Below, piece by piece: positions 52,319-61,088 of a stretch of DNA of 64,000 nt. Source of the stretch: Candidatus Eiseniibacteriota bacterium. GTDB taxonomy: Bacteria > Eisenbacteria > RBG-16-71-46 > CAIMUX01 > VGJL01. Every line of letters starts with the position of its first letter. Position 1 is the stretch's first letter. The position numbers were made by a program, and so were the translations under genes. The DNA lies in assembly GCA_963792585.1 (NCBI GenBank), contig CAWBWI010000001.1:1632001-1696000 (forward strand). Direction: 5' to 3'. The notes under the pieces were generated by a model, which was not told the DNA's origin, did not search any database, and saw nothing but the letters and a program-made list of their open reading frames with translations.

Positions 52319-54126
52319 CGGCCCTCGGCGTTCGAGCGCAGGCGCGCCATCAGGAAAGGAGAATGCGCCCGCCACTGGGGCTCGAAGGTCCCGCAGGCCA
52401 GCGTGTCGGCCATTGCCTGAAGGACGCGTAGGTGTTCGAGTGCGGCTTCCATACGCACCGGCTGATGAAGATCGTCGAAGGGAGAATGGTACACACGCAG
52501 CCCCCAGTCGAGATACCTCCAGAGACCGTCATCGGATGATAGATTGATGAATCGGAGTCCCTCCTGAATCAGGATCGACGGAATCCCCGCCTGTGCGAAG
52601 GCATACTGATCGGAACGCTGGAACTCGTCCCGCACTTGAAAGGCGGCGGGAATGGGGGAAACGGAAAGCCCCAGACGCTCGGCCACGCTGGCCAGAGCGT
52701 CGCCCAGGGTCGAATGCTCCGCCCCGACGCCGACGATATCCTCGAACGTATCGAGAAATGCGATCCCGTCCACATTCAAGGCGGCCGAGGTTCGGTGGAG
52801 CGGAACGAGCGGGTGATCGCAGTAGTAACGCGAGCCCAGGAGCCCCGTCTCCTCGCCGGTAAGGAAGAGGAATAGCACGGAGCGGGCCGGGCGCTCGGCC
52901 CGACCGGACATCGCGCGCGCCATCTCGAGCAGAGCCGCGACCCCGGAAGCGTTGTCGATCACCCCGTTGTAGATCGAGTCACCCTCGACGGGCGAGCCGA
53001 TGCCCAGTCCGTCGTAGTGCGCGCTCATGATCAGGTAGCTGTCCCGCTGGAGCGGGTCGACGCCACGCAGGATCGCCGCGACATTCGGGGCAATGAACTC
53101 CCGCCCGTGGAAGCGTCCCCGGAACGACATGCGTGCTCGCAGCGGGAAGCTCCGCATCTCGCCCAACGAGTCCATCGCGCAGACGTCGTCATAGCCGAGC
53201 GGGGCGGATGCGAAGATGCTCGCGGCGACGCGAGGATTCAGGAGTGCCGCGAATTGCTCGGGAGGCGCATAGGCGAGCGTACGGTACTCGGTCCCGAATT
53301 CTTGCTTGCGCTCCCATCCTTGCTGCTCCGCTTCGCGGCGCGAGGGAGGCGCATCCACCGGGCGATCCCGATCGAGGACGCGGAATCGCGCCGCGTCACC
53401 CGGCGAGGGGAGTTGGATCGTCCCCCGCGCGCCGTGGGAGAGGGCCACGTTTCGTTTCACCTCGGCCATGGCGTGCCATGTGAGGGGATCGCCGTCGAAA
53501 TAGCGAGGGTCCTTCGAAGCCGGTTCTCCGGCCAGGAATAGCACGACGGCGCCGCGGACGTCGACGTTCTGGTAGTCGTTGTAGTCGTATTCGGGGGCGA
53601 CGATCCCGTATCCGACGAAGATGAGAGGGACCGGCCTCGCTATATGGGTGGCATCGCCTCCGGAGTAGAGCAGATAGTCATCGCCGTAGTTGAGGTCGAT
53701 GGACGGCCCGTCGCGAACAATGGTCAAACGGGTTCCCGGCAAGGTCCGGCTTCCGTGCGTGGGGACGCCCTGGAAGTAGGAACCGTCGGGTCCGGCGGGA
53801 ACCAGACCGCATGCGGCGAGTTGTTCGGCGATGTAATCGGCGGCCAGTTCGCCCCCGCGTGTGCCAGGCTCGCGACCCCGCAGGGAATCGCTGCCGAGAT
53901 ACTGGATGTGTTCGGCGAGTCGCTCGATCGTGGATCGGTCCTCAGGATTGGCTTCGACCTGTGCATGCGGCAATGCAAGACGAGCGTCGCGGGCGGAGTC
54001 CGCGTTGCCTCCTTCTCCACTTCCCACGGTCGATGTGAGCGAGACGACCACTGCGACTTGCAGGGCAACGAGCCGACCCCGTCTCAGGGCCGTCCGGCGG
54101 TTTGGGGTCGTTCGTCGGTCGATCAT
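52315..54126 (-). CDS. M28 family peptidase with PA domain
   Basis: GREPGT.G, FVGYGI.APE..Y.DY, SAHYD, NG..DNASG, GEE.GLLGS, RSDQ, YH.P.D. Confidence 0.92.
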   Translation of the reverse strand: MIDRRTTPNRRTALRRGRLVALQVAVVVSLTSTVGSGEGGNADSARDARLALPHAQVEANPEDRSTIERLAEHIQYLGSDSLRGREPGTRGGELAADYIAEQLAACGLVPAGPDGSYFQGVPTHGSRTLPGTRLTIVRDGPSIDLNYGDDYLLYSGGDATHIARPVPLIFVGYGIVAPEYDYNDYQNVDVRGAVVLFLAGEPASKDPRYFDGDPLTWHAMAEVKRNVALSHGARGTIQLPSPGDAARFRVLDRDRPVDAPPSRREAEQQGWERKQEFGTEYRTLAYAPPEQFAALLNPRVAASIFASAPLGYDDVCAMDSLGEMRSFPLRARMSFRGRFHGREFIAPNVAAILRGVDPLQRDSYLIMSAHYDGLGIGSPVEGDSIYNGVIDNASGVAALLEMARAMSGRAERPARSVLFLFLTGEETGLLGSRYYCDHPLVPLHRTSAALNVDGIAFLDTFEDIVGVGAEHSTLGDALASVAERLGLSVSPIPAAFQVRDEFQRSDQYAFAQAGIPSILIQEGLRFINLSSDDGLWRYLDWGLRVYHSPFDDLHQPVRMEAALEHLRVLQAMADTLACGTFEPQWRAHSPFLMARLRSNAEGR

Positions 54127-54135
54127 GCGGACTTC

Positions 54136-54948
54136 TCAGAGCGCCTTGCGCTTGACCTTGCAGCGCAGGGCGAACTTGAGCCCCGACCAGGTCTCGTCGA
54201 TTGCGCAGACCTTGTAGTCGACGATGCCCGCACCGAGGCCGGCGGCGCGCACTTCGGGTTGACCAAAATCTCCGGCGAGCGCGGATGTCTTCTTCGGCCA
54301 ACAGATCCAAATGCCATCGGTACCCACACTTGCCACGATAGCCGGAACCCGCCGCTCGAGATCCCGCCGCGAACACACGAACCACAGGATCATGCCGGCC
54401 CCTGCCCCGAGGCGGCGGACGAATTTCACTCGCTCGGGCAATGCTCCAAGGACGTTCTCCACATCCTCCGGAGGATCGACGAGGCGAATCGACATGCCGG
54501 CCCTGATCCCGAGCTTCTTGGGGAGCGGCGTGCCTGAGTAGCCGGCCATGAGGGAGGTCGGAATGACCGGCTTCATCGGCGCCGGCCGGTTCAGGGCTCG
54601 ACGCAGTGCCCCCCGAATCCCCCGCCACGAACCGTAGGTCGCGTCGGGGAGAAGCTGTCGCACCCGCGCGATCTTCTCCGGGTCACCATCGACGAAGATG
54701 AGCGGAACGTGCCGCGTCTGTTTGTACTGCCTGAGAGCGAGGCCGATGTCGCGCCCGTGCGAGGGGATCCGTGTCATGTCGATCACGACGGCGTCGGGCG
54801 GATCTGCGCGCAAGCCTCGAAGGTAGACATCGGTCATGGGTCCGGACACGACGTCGTATCCGGCCGCGCGAAGGGGCGCCGCGCGCCCTTCCGCCTCGGC
54901 CGGATTCCAGTGAACGAGGCGGATCCGGGGACCGCATGTCTTCTTCAC
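54136..54948 (-). CDS. Receiver-like domain fused to DUF3052-like domain
   Basis: PPDAVVID..., then MAGYSGTPLPKKLGI, WICWPKK, VDYKVCAIDETWSGLKF; start approximate. Confidence 0.75.
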   Translation of the reverse strand: MKKTCGPRIRLVHWNPAEAEGRAAPLRAAGYDVVSGPMTDVYLRGLRADPPDAVVIDMTRIPSHGRDIGLALRQYKQTRHVPLIFVDGDPEKIARVRQLLPDATYGSWRGIRGALRRALNRPAPMKPVIPTSLMAGYSGTPLPKKLGIRAGMSIRLVDPPEDVENVLGALPERVKFVRRLGAGAGMILWFVCSRRDLERRVPAIVASVGTDGIWICWPKKTSALAGDFGQPEVRAAGLGAGIVDYKVCAIDETWSGLKFALRCKVKRKAL

Positions 54949-55075
54949 AGCGGTGATTCTAGCAGGACGCGCCACCCTGCGCCGATCCCCTCGGAGCGGG
55001 CACGGCACATCCCATGCTACCCACGGTCACCCTCCCCCAGGGAGGGTCGAATCGACGACACCAACAGGAGGCCGG

Positions 55076-55846
55076 ATGGGAGATATCGAGATCCGCACGC
55101 TTGCGGGAGGGAGGGTCATCCTGAATCAAGGCAGACCGTATGAAGGTCCGAAGTCGGCGGGCGATCCTCAACTCCAGGCCGCCGTGCGGAGCCACGTGGA
55201 GACCTATGTCGGTCCCCTTTCCGGCGTCTTCTCGTTCCCCCCCGGCCTGATCCAACTGAGAGTCCTCTGGGTCGCACCGTCGGCGCAGCGACGGTTCCAC
55301 ACCCTCGTTACATGCGGACTGGCGGAGCGGCCGATGAGTCCCCCGCCCGAAGTCGCCGACCTTCGTTGGGCGGAACTGTCGATTTGCCTTCCCCCCGAGT
55401 GGCCGATCGATCCGAACAGGAGCGGCCCCCGCGAGATCACGTGGCCTTTGGACGTGCTGGGCAACGTGGCGCGTTATGCCCATGAAAACGAGACCTGGGT
55501 GTGGCACGGCCACACGCTCGGAGGGCCGGGGCCGGGCGAGTCGTTCGCCGCCGACACACAACTCGCGTGCGTCGCGCTGGGGGATCCCGTCCAGTTCCCC
55601 TTCATGTTCCGGGTGCTGGAGTTGGCGGACGGCCGGCTCGTCTATCTCTTTAACATGATCCCGATCTATGTCGAGGAGCAGCGGCTTGCGATGTGGAGGG
55701 GCACCGACCAGCTTCTCGACAAGCTGGAGGAGAAAGGGATGGCCGGCGTTCTCGACATCCGCAGGGAAAGCGTCGCCGGTCGACGAACGTGGGCAAGGAT
55801 GGGCCCACCACCGTCGATTCTTCCGTTTCCTCGTCGGCTCCGGTAG
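55076..55846 (+). CDS. Suppressor-of-fused (SUFU) domain protein
   Basis: HVE...GP, LVTCGL..RPM..P, AEL...LP.EW, WP...L..ARY.H, GHT, IPIY.EE. Confidence 0.85.
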   Translation: MGDIEIRTLAGGRVILNQGRPYEGPKSAGDPQLQAAVRSHVETYVGPLSGVFSFPPGLIQLRVLWVAPSAQRRFHTLVTCGLAERPMSPPPEVADLRWAELSICLPPEWPIDPNRSGPREITWPLDVLGNVARYAHENETWVWHGHTLGGPGPGESFAADTQLACVALGDPVQFPFMFRVLELADGRLVYLFNMIPIYVEEQRLAMWRGTDQLLDKLEEKGMAGVLDIRRESVAGRRTWARMGPPPSILPFPRRLR

Positions 55847-55962
55847 GAACGGAGCTGCATTGTAGGTCACGCGCTGGCCGCGACGAGGCAGCAACGGCCC
55901 GTGTCCTCGGGTAGACGCGCACCCTTCCGACGGTGTCTACTTCCCAACAACGGAGGTACCCG

Positions 55963-56277
55963 ATGTCGATGGAGCAGTACTTATATCGAGTCACCCCGAC
56001 CCGGATCGCCATGCTCACCGAGGGGCCGACCCCCAGCGAAGAGCGGGTGGTCGGCGAACACTTCACTTACTTGCAGCGTGGGGTGGCGGAAGGGGTCGTG
56101 ATGCTCGCGGGTCGGACGCTCAACAAGGACGCATCCACCTTCGGAATCGTGATCCTGCGCGCCGCATCGGAGTCGGAGGCCCGCGCAAAGATGGAGAACG
56201 ACCCGGCGGTGAAGCAGGGGGTCATGAGCGCGCAGCTGTACCCGTTCCGGGTCGCGCTCGCAGGCGCCCTCGACTAG
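55963..56277 (+). CDS. YciI family protein
   Basis: HF.YL, LAGRTL, FGIVI, DPAV, PFRVAL. Confidence 0.88.
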   Translation: MSMEQYLYRVTPTRIAMLTEGPTPSEERVVGEHFTYLQRGVAEGVVMLAGRTLNKDASTFGIVILRAASESEARAKMENDPAVKQGVMSAQLYPFRVALAGALD

Positions 56278-56289
56278 ATCCTCCGCGGA

Positions 56290-56330
56290 CGGGAGCGCGC
56301 AGAGTGTCGGGAGCGCGCAGGGTGCCGGGC
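56290..56330 (+). repeat. 18-bp-period direct repeat
   Basis: cgggagcgcgcag at 56290 and 56308, partial third copy. Confidence 0.7.
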
Positions 56331-56634
56331 GCGGCGATCGCCCGGAAACTCGTCGCCCGTGACGCAGACCCCGCCGCGAGTCGCGCTGACGCCCCGAATG
56401 AAAGACATCGCCCCGAGGCCCACATGAACCTATAACACAACTCAGCACAATCAGTTGATGTTTAACCACCAATCTGACCGAGTTCCCCAGTCCCTTATCC
56501 CACCGTCTTCGTCTCCACACGCAGGCCCCCTCTGTGCGCTTTCTCCCCCTCCCGGCATTCTCTTGTGTTCGGCGGGAACCAAGGGGTCCCCCCCGCAGCG
56601 AATCCCTAGTCATGACTGAAAACCAGGAGGCGAG

Positions 56635-57195
56635 ATGATCCGCATAACCGCAAACCAGGTCTGCAGGGCCTTCTTCCTGTCCTGCATCCTGTGGGCGCCG
56701 GCTATCCAGGCCGCCGACGCTCCGGCTTCCATCCAACCCGGGAGCCAACCGGCGGGAGAAGAGGTCGAGGCGATCCAGGCCCCGGCGATTCCCGTCATGG
56801 AGACGGAACTCCCGTTGGGTCTCGAACTGATTCCCCACGACGCAGTCATAACCGATCCGAACGACAAGGGCTCGGTCTACACCGATGGCTCGCTCGGCGC
56901 GATAGCCGGGCCCCCGACCGCCCTCGAGAGCGCGAAGCTCGCGATGGGCCGCGCCGCGATCGAGGCGTCCCGCCAGGCGGGGACGCTTCAAGTGGCCCCG
57001 ACCGAGATCACGCCCGATCAGTCGGGCGACGAGACCGAGGCGATGAAGCTCACGCGGCTGGCCACGACACCACCGGCGCCGGTCATCGCCGATCCGGCCG
57101 CCGGCTCGGGCGTGGAGACCGCTCCCGTCCAGATGGTCGGTCCAGTCGGCATGACCCCCGAGGAGTTGCAGAAGCTCGGAAAGGAGAGGAACTGA
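56635..57195 (+). CDS. Secreted Pro/Ala/Glu-rich hypothetical protein
   Basis: AGGAGG SD, signal peptide, 1 nt from the next gene. Confidence 0.7.
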   Translation: MIRITANQVCRAFFLSCILWAPAIQAADAPASIQPGSQPAGEEVEAIQAPAIPVMETELPLGLELIPHDAVITDPNDKGSVYTDGSLGAIAGPPTALESAKLAMGRAAIEASRQAGTLQVAPTEITPDQSGDETEAMKLTRLATTPPAPVIADPAAGSGVETAPVQMVGPVGMTPEELQKLGKERN

Positions 57196-57196
57196 G

Positions 57197-60100
57197 ATGA
57201 AGAAGCTCTATCTCATCCTCCTGCTGCTCGCGGCCACGGCCGCACAGGCGGCGATGATCGAGCCGATGCGCGGCACCTTTACCGAGGCGCAGCTCCAGGC
57301 GGCCCGCCAGCAGAGCGCAACCGCGCCGCAGCCAAGCCAGCCCGGCTGGGAAGACACCGAGCAGATGCGGCTGGACCAGGAGCATTTCAATCGCGCAATC
57401 ACGTTGAACAGCACCGACGATGACGCCACGCACTACGCGCGCGGCCAGACGATGATCATCCATGTCTTCGTCAGCCACAACGGCGGGACGTGGGACGCGA
57501 CCGAGAGAGGGGACGCCGGCGCGAAGGCCGCCGTCGCGAAGGACTTCTATCTCCTGGAGACTCCCGCCGACGCGAACCTCCACTTCGATCACGAGGGAAC
57601 GAACGCGTACTACTACTACTCGGTCGATCTCAACATCAACATTCCCGACAGCGGGATGACGGGCGCCCTCACGGAGACCTGCCTCGCCACGCTCGGCGTC
57701 AACGACGGCGACGCGGACGGCCTCCTCATCGATGACTTCTCCATCAATCTCCAGAACTGGGATGGTGGATGGGACAACGTCATCATCTGCTTCGAGGCGG
57801 ATCAAACGGGCCGCGCGTGGGCTTCCTACGGCGCGGCGCGCTGCGCCCTTTACACGGACGATACCGGCAACGTCTTTGCGCACGAGTGGGGTCACCTCTT
57901 CGGCGCCTGTGACGAGTACGTCGAAGGGGGCGAGTGCAACGGCGGGATCGACTGCGGCGCCTGCCAGAGCTGGTACCTCGACGACACGATCAACAACGGC
58001 AACTGCCAGCTCTTGAGCTGCCCGTCCGACGTCTCGTGTGTCATGATCAACAACACCTTCACCAACATCTGCAACTACACCCTGAACCACTGGGGCTGGG
58101 TCGACGAGGACAGCGACGGCATCCTCGACTGGGTTAAGCGCCACACGACCGGCAACAGCTATGTCAACATTTACGAGATCCCGCACAACGGCTACGCGCT
58201 GTGGAACAACACGACCGACGGCTACGTGATCAACCAGCAGTGGAACTCATGGTCGGCCGCCGGCCTCCGCAGCCCTGCGGGCGCCGACTACGACCTCAAG
58301 ATGTACGGCGAGAACAACCACAACTTCCTTCTCGCGAGCTCGGCCGCGGGCGGCCAGACCATCGACATCATCGCGAGCGACTACAACCACGACCGGCTGA
58401 GCAACGAGCACTTGATCGTCAACCGCTTCAGCGGCAGCACCGACAACTATCGGCTCCATTGGGAAAGCGGGACGGGCCTGCTCTATCCGGACGGCGTCGC
58501 CCGTGCGGGAAGTTGGCAGGGCTACTATGTGGTCCGCTGCTGGGATGTGCCGCTCTACGGCGGCGAGTCGGTTTCGTTCACCCTGGACGTGACCTCCGGC
58601 AACCTGGACCTGGGGATGGCCCTCTTCAAGTCCAACGGTGACGCATACCACGTCGGCCGTAGCTCGGCCCAGTGGGTGCGGGATGCGGCGGGCGTCGGCG
58701 CGACCGAGACCTGGACCTACACGGTCCCGTCGGATGACGTCTACGGCTTCGTCGTCTTCGCCAACAGCGCCGTCGACGGGCAGTACACGATCAAGATTGG
58801 CCCGACGGTGGTGGCCCTCGCCGAGGAATCGCCATTCTATTCGGCCGTGGATCTCCGCCTCTACGAGTACACGCCGAACGCGGCGAGCTGGTCGATCGTC
58901 GGCACCCGGCCCGACGCGGGCCAGAACGTCGGTGTCCGGCTGTTCAGCGATTCGGAGTTCCAGAATGAGCTGGCGAACTCGGATTCCTACGGCGCCGGCG
59001 CGATCGAGTTCGACGTCGCCGACTACAACGGCCTCATCTACAACACCGACTTCGTGCGGGTGGTCAACCATACGGCCACCGGGAACCACCGGACGGAGTG
59101 GGAGCAGGACAACGACCTGATCAGCGGCGTCGTCAACGAGTCCTGGACATCGCCGCACGTCGGCAAGATCTGGGATGCCTATATGAACGGTGACGACAAC
59201 TACTTCGTGCGTGAATACCACTCCGGCAGCCTGGACACGGGCATCTACATGTTCAGCTCGACCGACGGCGACCGGTACAAGGACAGGAACAGCTACGCGG
59301 GGGCGAGCAACTTCCGTCCGGGCGACGACGGGGGCGAGTGGTTCACGATCGGCTCGACCGTGGCGGACTGGTATGGGCTGGCGCAGATCGTCAACGACGA
59401 GACTTCCGGCTCCTACAGCATCTGGTTCGGCCCGAAGCTCAGCCTGGCGCAGGATGCCTCCCACCGGAGAACCGAGGAGGTCGTTTTCGGTACCGCGAGC
59501 GTCACCAGCACCTACTGGAGCGTCTTCGGCGTCCGGCCCTACAACGGCGACAACGCCTCTGTGTGGCTCTATGGGGATGATGCCTACACGATCACCAGCC
59601 TGAAGGCGAGCGATCAGGACGCGGGCAAGGTGAATTTCATCGTGGCGGACTTCAACCATATCCCGACGGGGGACTTCTATCCCCGCTACCGCCGCACGCT
59701 CGGAGCCCAGGGTTTCGACGTCGAGTGGGAGGGAGGATCCGAGTTGCTCACCTGGACTCCCGGCGTGAATCAGATGATCGATCGCACGTGGCCGACCCAC
59801 GATGTGATCGAGGTCTTCGACCTCTACGTCACCGCGGGCCAAACGGTGCAGATGAAGGTCGAGGACTTGAGCGGCGGGTCCAACATGAATCTCGGGATCG
59901 CCCTCTTCAAGTCCAACGGCGCTGAGTACTACGCCACGCTCGGCAGCGCCGTCGCATCCGCCGATGTCAATGGCGTCGGTGGCAGCGAGACGATGACCTA
60001 TACCTTCCCGGCGACGGACTACTATGGATTCGTGATCTACACGAGCGGCGACGTCGACGGAGATGCCACCTACCGCATCCGGCTCATCGACCCGGCCACC

Positions 60101-60403
60101 GCGTCGGTCGAGGGAACCATTCCGACCCAACTCGATCTGACCTCGGTCACCGCTAATCCCTTCACGCAGGGATCATCGCTCCGCTACGCGCTACCCCAGG
60201 CCGGAACGGTCGACCTGGGCATCTACGACGTGGCGGGACGCCGCCTCAAGACCCTCGTTCAAGAGGGTCGCCCCGCCGGCAGCTTCGCGGCGGATTGGGA
60301 TGGACGCGACGATGGGGGCAACCCCGTGCCTTCAGGGATTTACTTCGCCCGGCTCCGTGCCGGAGTGGAAGAGAAGCGCCTGAAGCTCGTGCGGTCGCAG
60401 TAA
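57197..60403 (+). CDS. Large secreted zinc metalloprotease (metzincin/M6-like) with repeated PPC-like domains and FlgD-Ig tail
   Basis: AHEWGHLFGACDEY, CVM Met-turn, threefold internal repeat, NPF...WDGRDD.G..VPSGIYF. Confidence 0.88.
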   Translation: MKKLYLILLLLAATAAQAAMIEPMRGTFTEAQLQAARQQSATAPQPSQPGWEDTEQMRLDQEHFNRAITLNSTDDDATHYARGQTMIIHVFVSHNGGTWDATERGDAGAKAAVAKDFYLLETPADANLHFDHEGTNAYYYYSVDLNINIPDSGMTGALTETCLATLGVNDGDADGLLIDDFSINLQNWDGGWDNVIICFEADQTGRAWASYGAARCALYTDDTGNVFAHEWGHLFGACDEYVEGGECNGGIDCGACQSWYLDDTINNGNCQLLSCPSDVSCVMINNTFTNICNYTLNHWGWVDEDSDGILDWVKRHTTGNSYVNIYEIPHNGYALWNNTTDGYVINQQWNSWSAAGLRSPAGADYDLKMYGENNHNFLLASSAAGGQTIDIIASDYNHDRLSNEHLIVNRFSGSTDNYRLHWESGTGLLYPDGVARAGSWQGYYVVRCWDVPLYGGESVSFTLDVTSGNLDLGMALFKSNGDAYHVGRSSAQWVRDAAGVGATETWTYTVPSDDVYGFVVFANSAVDGQYTIKIGPTVVALAEESPFYSAVDLRLYEYTPNAASWSIVGTRPDAGQNVGVRLFSDSEFQNELANSDSYGAGAIEFDVADYNGLIYNTDFVRVVNHTATGNHRTEWEQDNDLISGVVNESWTSPHVGKIWDAYMNGDDNYFVREYHSGSLDTGIYMFSSTDGDRYKDRNSYAGASNFRPGDDGGEWFTIGSTVADWYGLAQIVNDETSGSYSIWFGPKLSLAQDASHRRTEEVVFGTASVTSTYWSVFGVRPYNGDNASVWLYGDDAYTITSLKASDQDAGKVNFIVADFNHIPTGDFYPRYRRTLGAQGFDVEWEGGSELLTWTPGVNQMIDRTWPTHDVIEVFDLYVTAGQTVQMKVEDLSGGSNMNLGIALFKSNGAEYYATLGSAVASADVNGVGGSETMTYTFPATDYYGFVIYTSGDVDGDATYRIRLIDPATASVEGTIPTQLDLTSVTANPFTQGSSLRYALPQAGTVDLGIYDVAGRRLKTLVQEGRPAGSFAADWDGRDDGGNPVPSGIYFARLRAGVEEKRLKLVRSQ

Positions 60404-60415
60404 GTCGCCTCCACC

Positions 60416-60448
60416 GGCCCCGGCCTCAGCGATGAGGCCGGGGCCTTT
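60416..60448 (+). terminator. Intrinsic terminator
   Basis: ggccccggcctca-gcga-tgaggccggggcc-ttt. Confidence 0.75.
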
Positions 60449-60500
60449 CCCATCTCGCGCTTTGATCCCGGAGATCTCATCCCTATGATTAGACTCCTCT

Positions 60501-61088
60501 ATGGTGGCCGACCCGGATCCCGGAGCCCTCGAGTCGACTCGGACGCTCATTCTGCGCGTCCGGAAGGGGGACGAGACCGCGCGGGATCAGCTCTTCTCGC
60601 GGTTCCTTCCCGGACTCCGGCGATGGGCCCATGGCCGGCTGCCCTCGAAGGCACGAAGCTTGGTCGACACGGACGATGTCGTACAGGTCTCGTTGATGCG
60701 CGCCCTCGCCCGGGTGGAGGAATTCGATCCGCGCAGGCAGGGGGCATTCCTCGCCTATCTCCACCAGATCCTCCTGAACTGCATCCGGGAGGAGATCCGC
60801 CGCGCCGGACGCCGCCCCACGGGAGAGGAGTCGATCGACGAACTTCCCGAGGATCGTCCCTCCCTCCTCGAGCGAACGATCGGCAACGATGCTCTGAGCG
60901 CCTACGATGCGGCGCTCGGTCGCCTGCCGCAGGAGCAGCAGCAGGCGGTGATCCTGCGGATCGAGTTCGGATTCTCTCACCAGGAGATCGCGGACGCGCT
61001 GAGACGTCCCTCCGCCAACGCCGTTCGCATGCAAATCGCGCGGGGACTCGTTCGTCTCTCGGAGTTGATGGATGCCCACAGGCCCTGA
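60501..61088 (+). CDS. ECF sigma factor (kinase-associated type)
   Basis: STR.L..R...GD..A, DTDDVVQ, FLAYL, LP.EQQQAVILR, EIA, NAVRM. Confidence 0.92.
   Translation: MVADPDPGALESTRTLILRVRKGDETARDQLFSRFLPGLRRWAHGRLPSKARSLVDTDDVVQVSLMRALARVEEFDPRRQGAFLAYLHQILLNCIREEIRRAGRRPTGEESIDELPEDRPSLLERTIGNDALSAYDAALGRLPQEQQQAVILRIEFGFSHQEIADALRRPSANAVRMQIARGLVRLSELMDAHRP

Noticed and set aside
56335..56480. Possible riboswitch or ncRNA upstream of the metalloprotease operon
   Set aside because: Only fragments resemble a c-di-GMP-I aptamer; the required stems could not be built
60470..60496. Third copy of the ECF motif (GGAGAT...AGACTC)
   Set aside because: Poor match; a sigma70-like TTGATC-N16-TATGAT explains the region equally well
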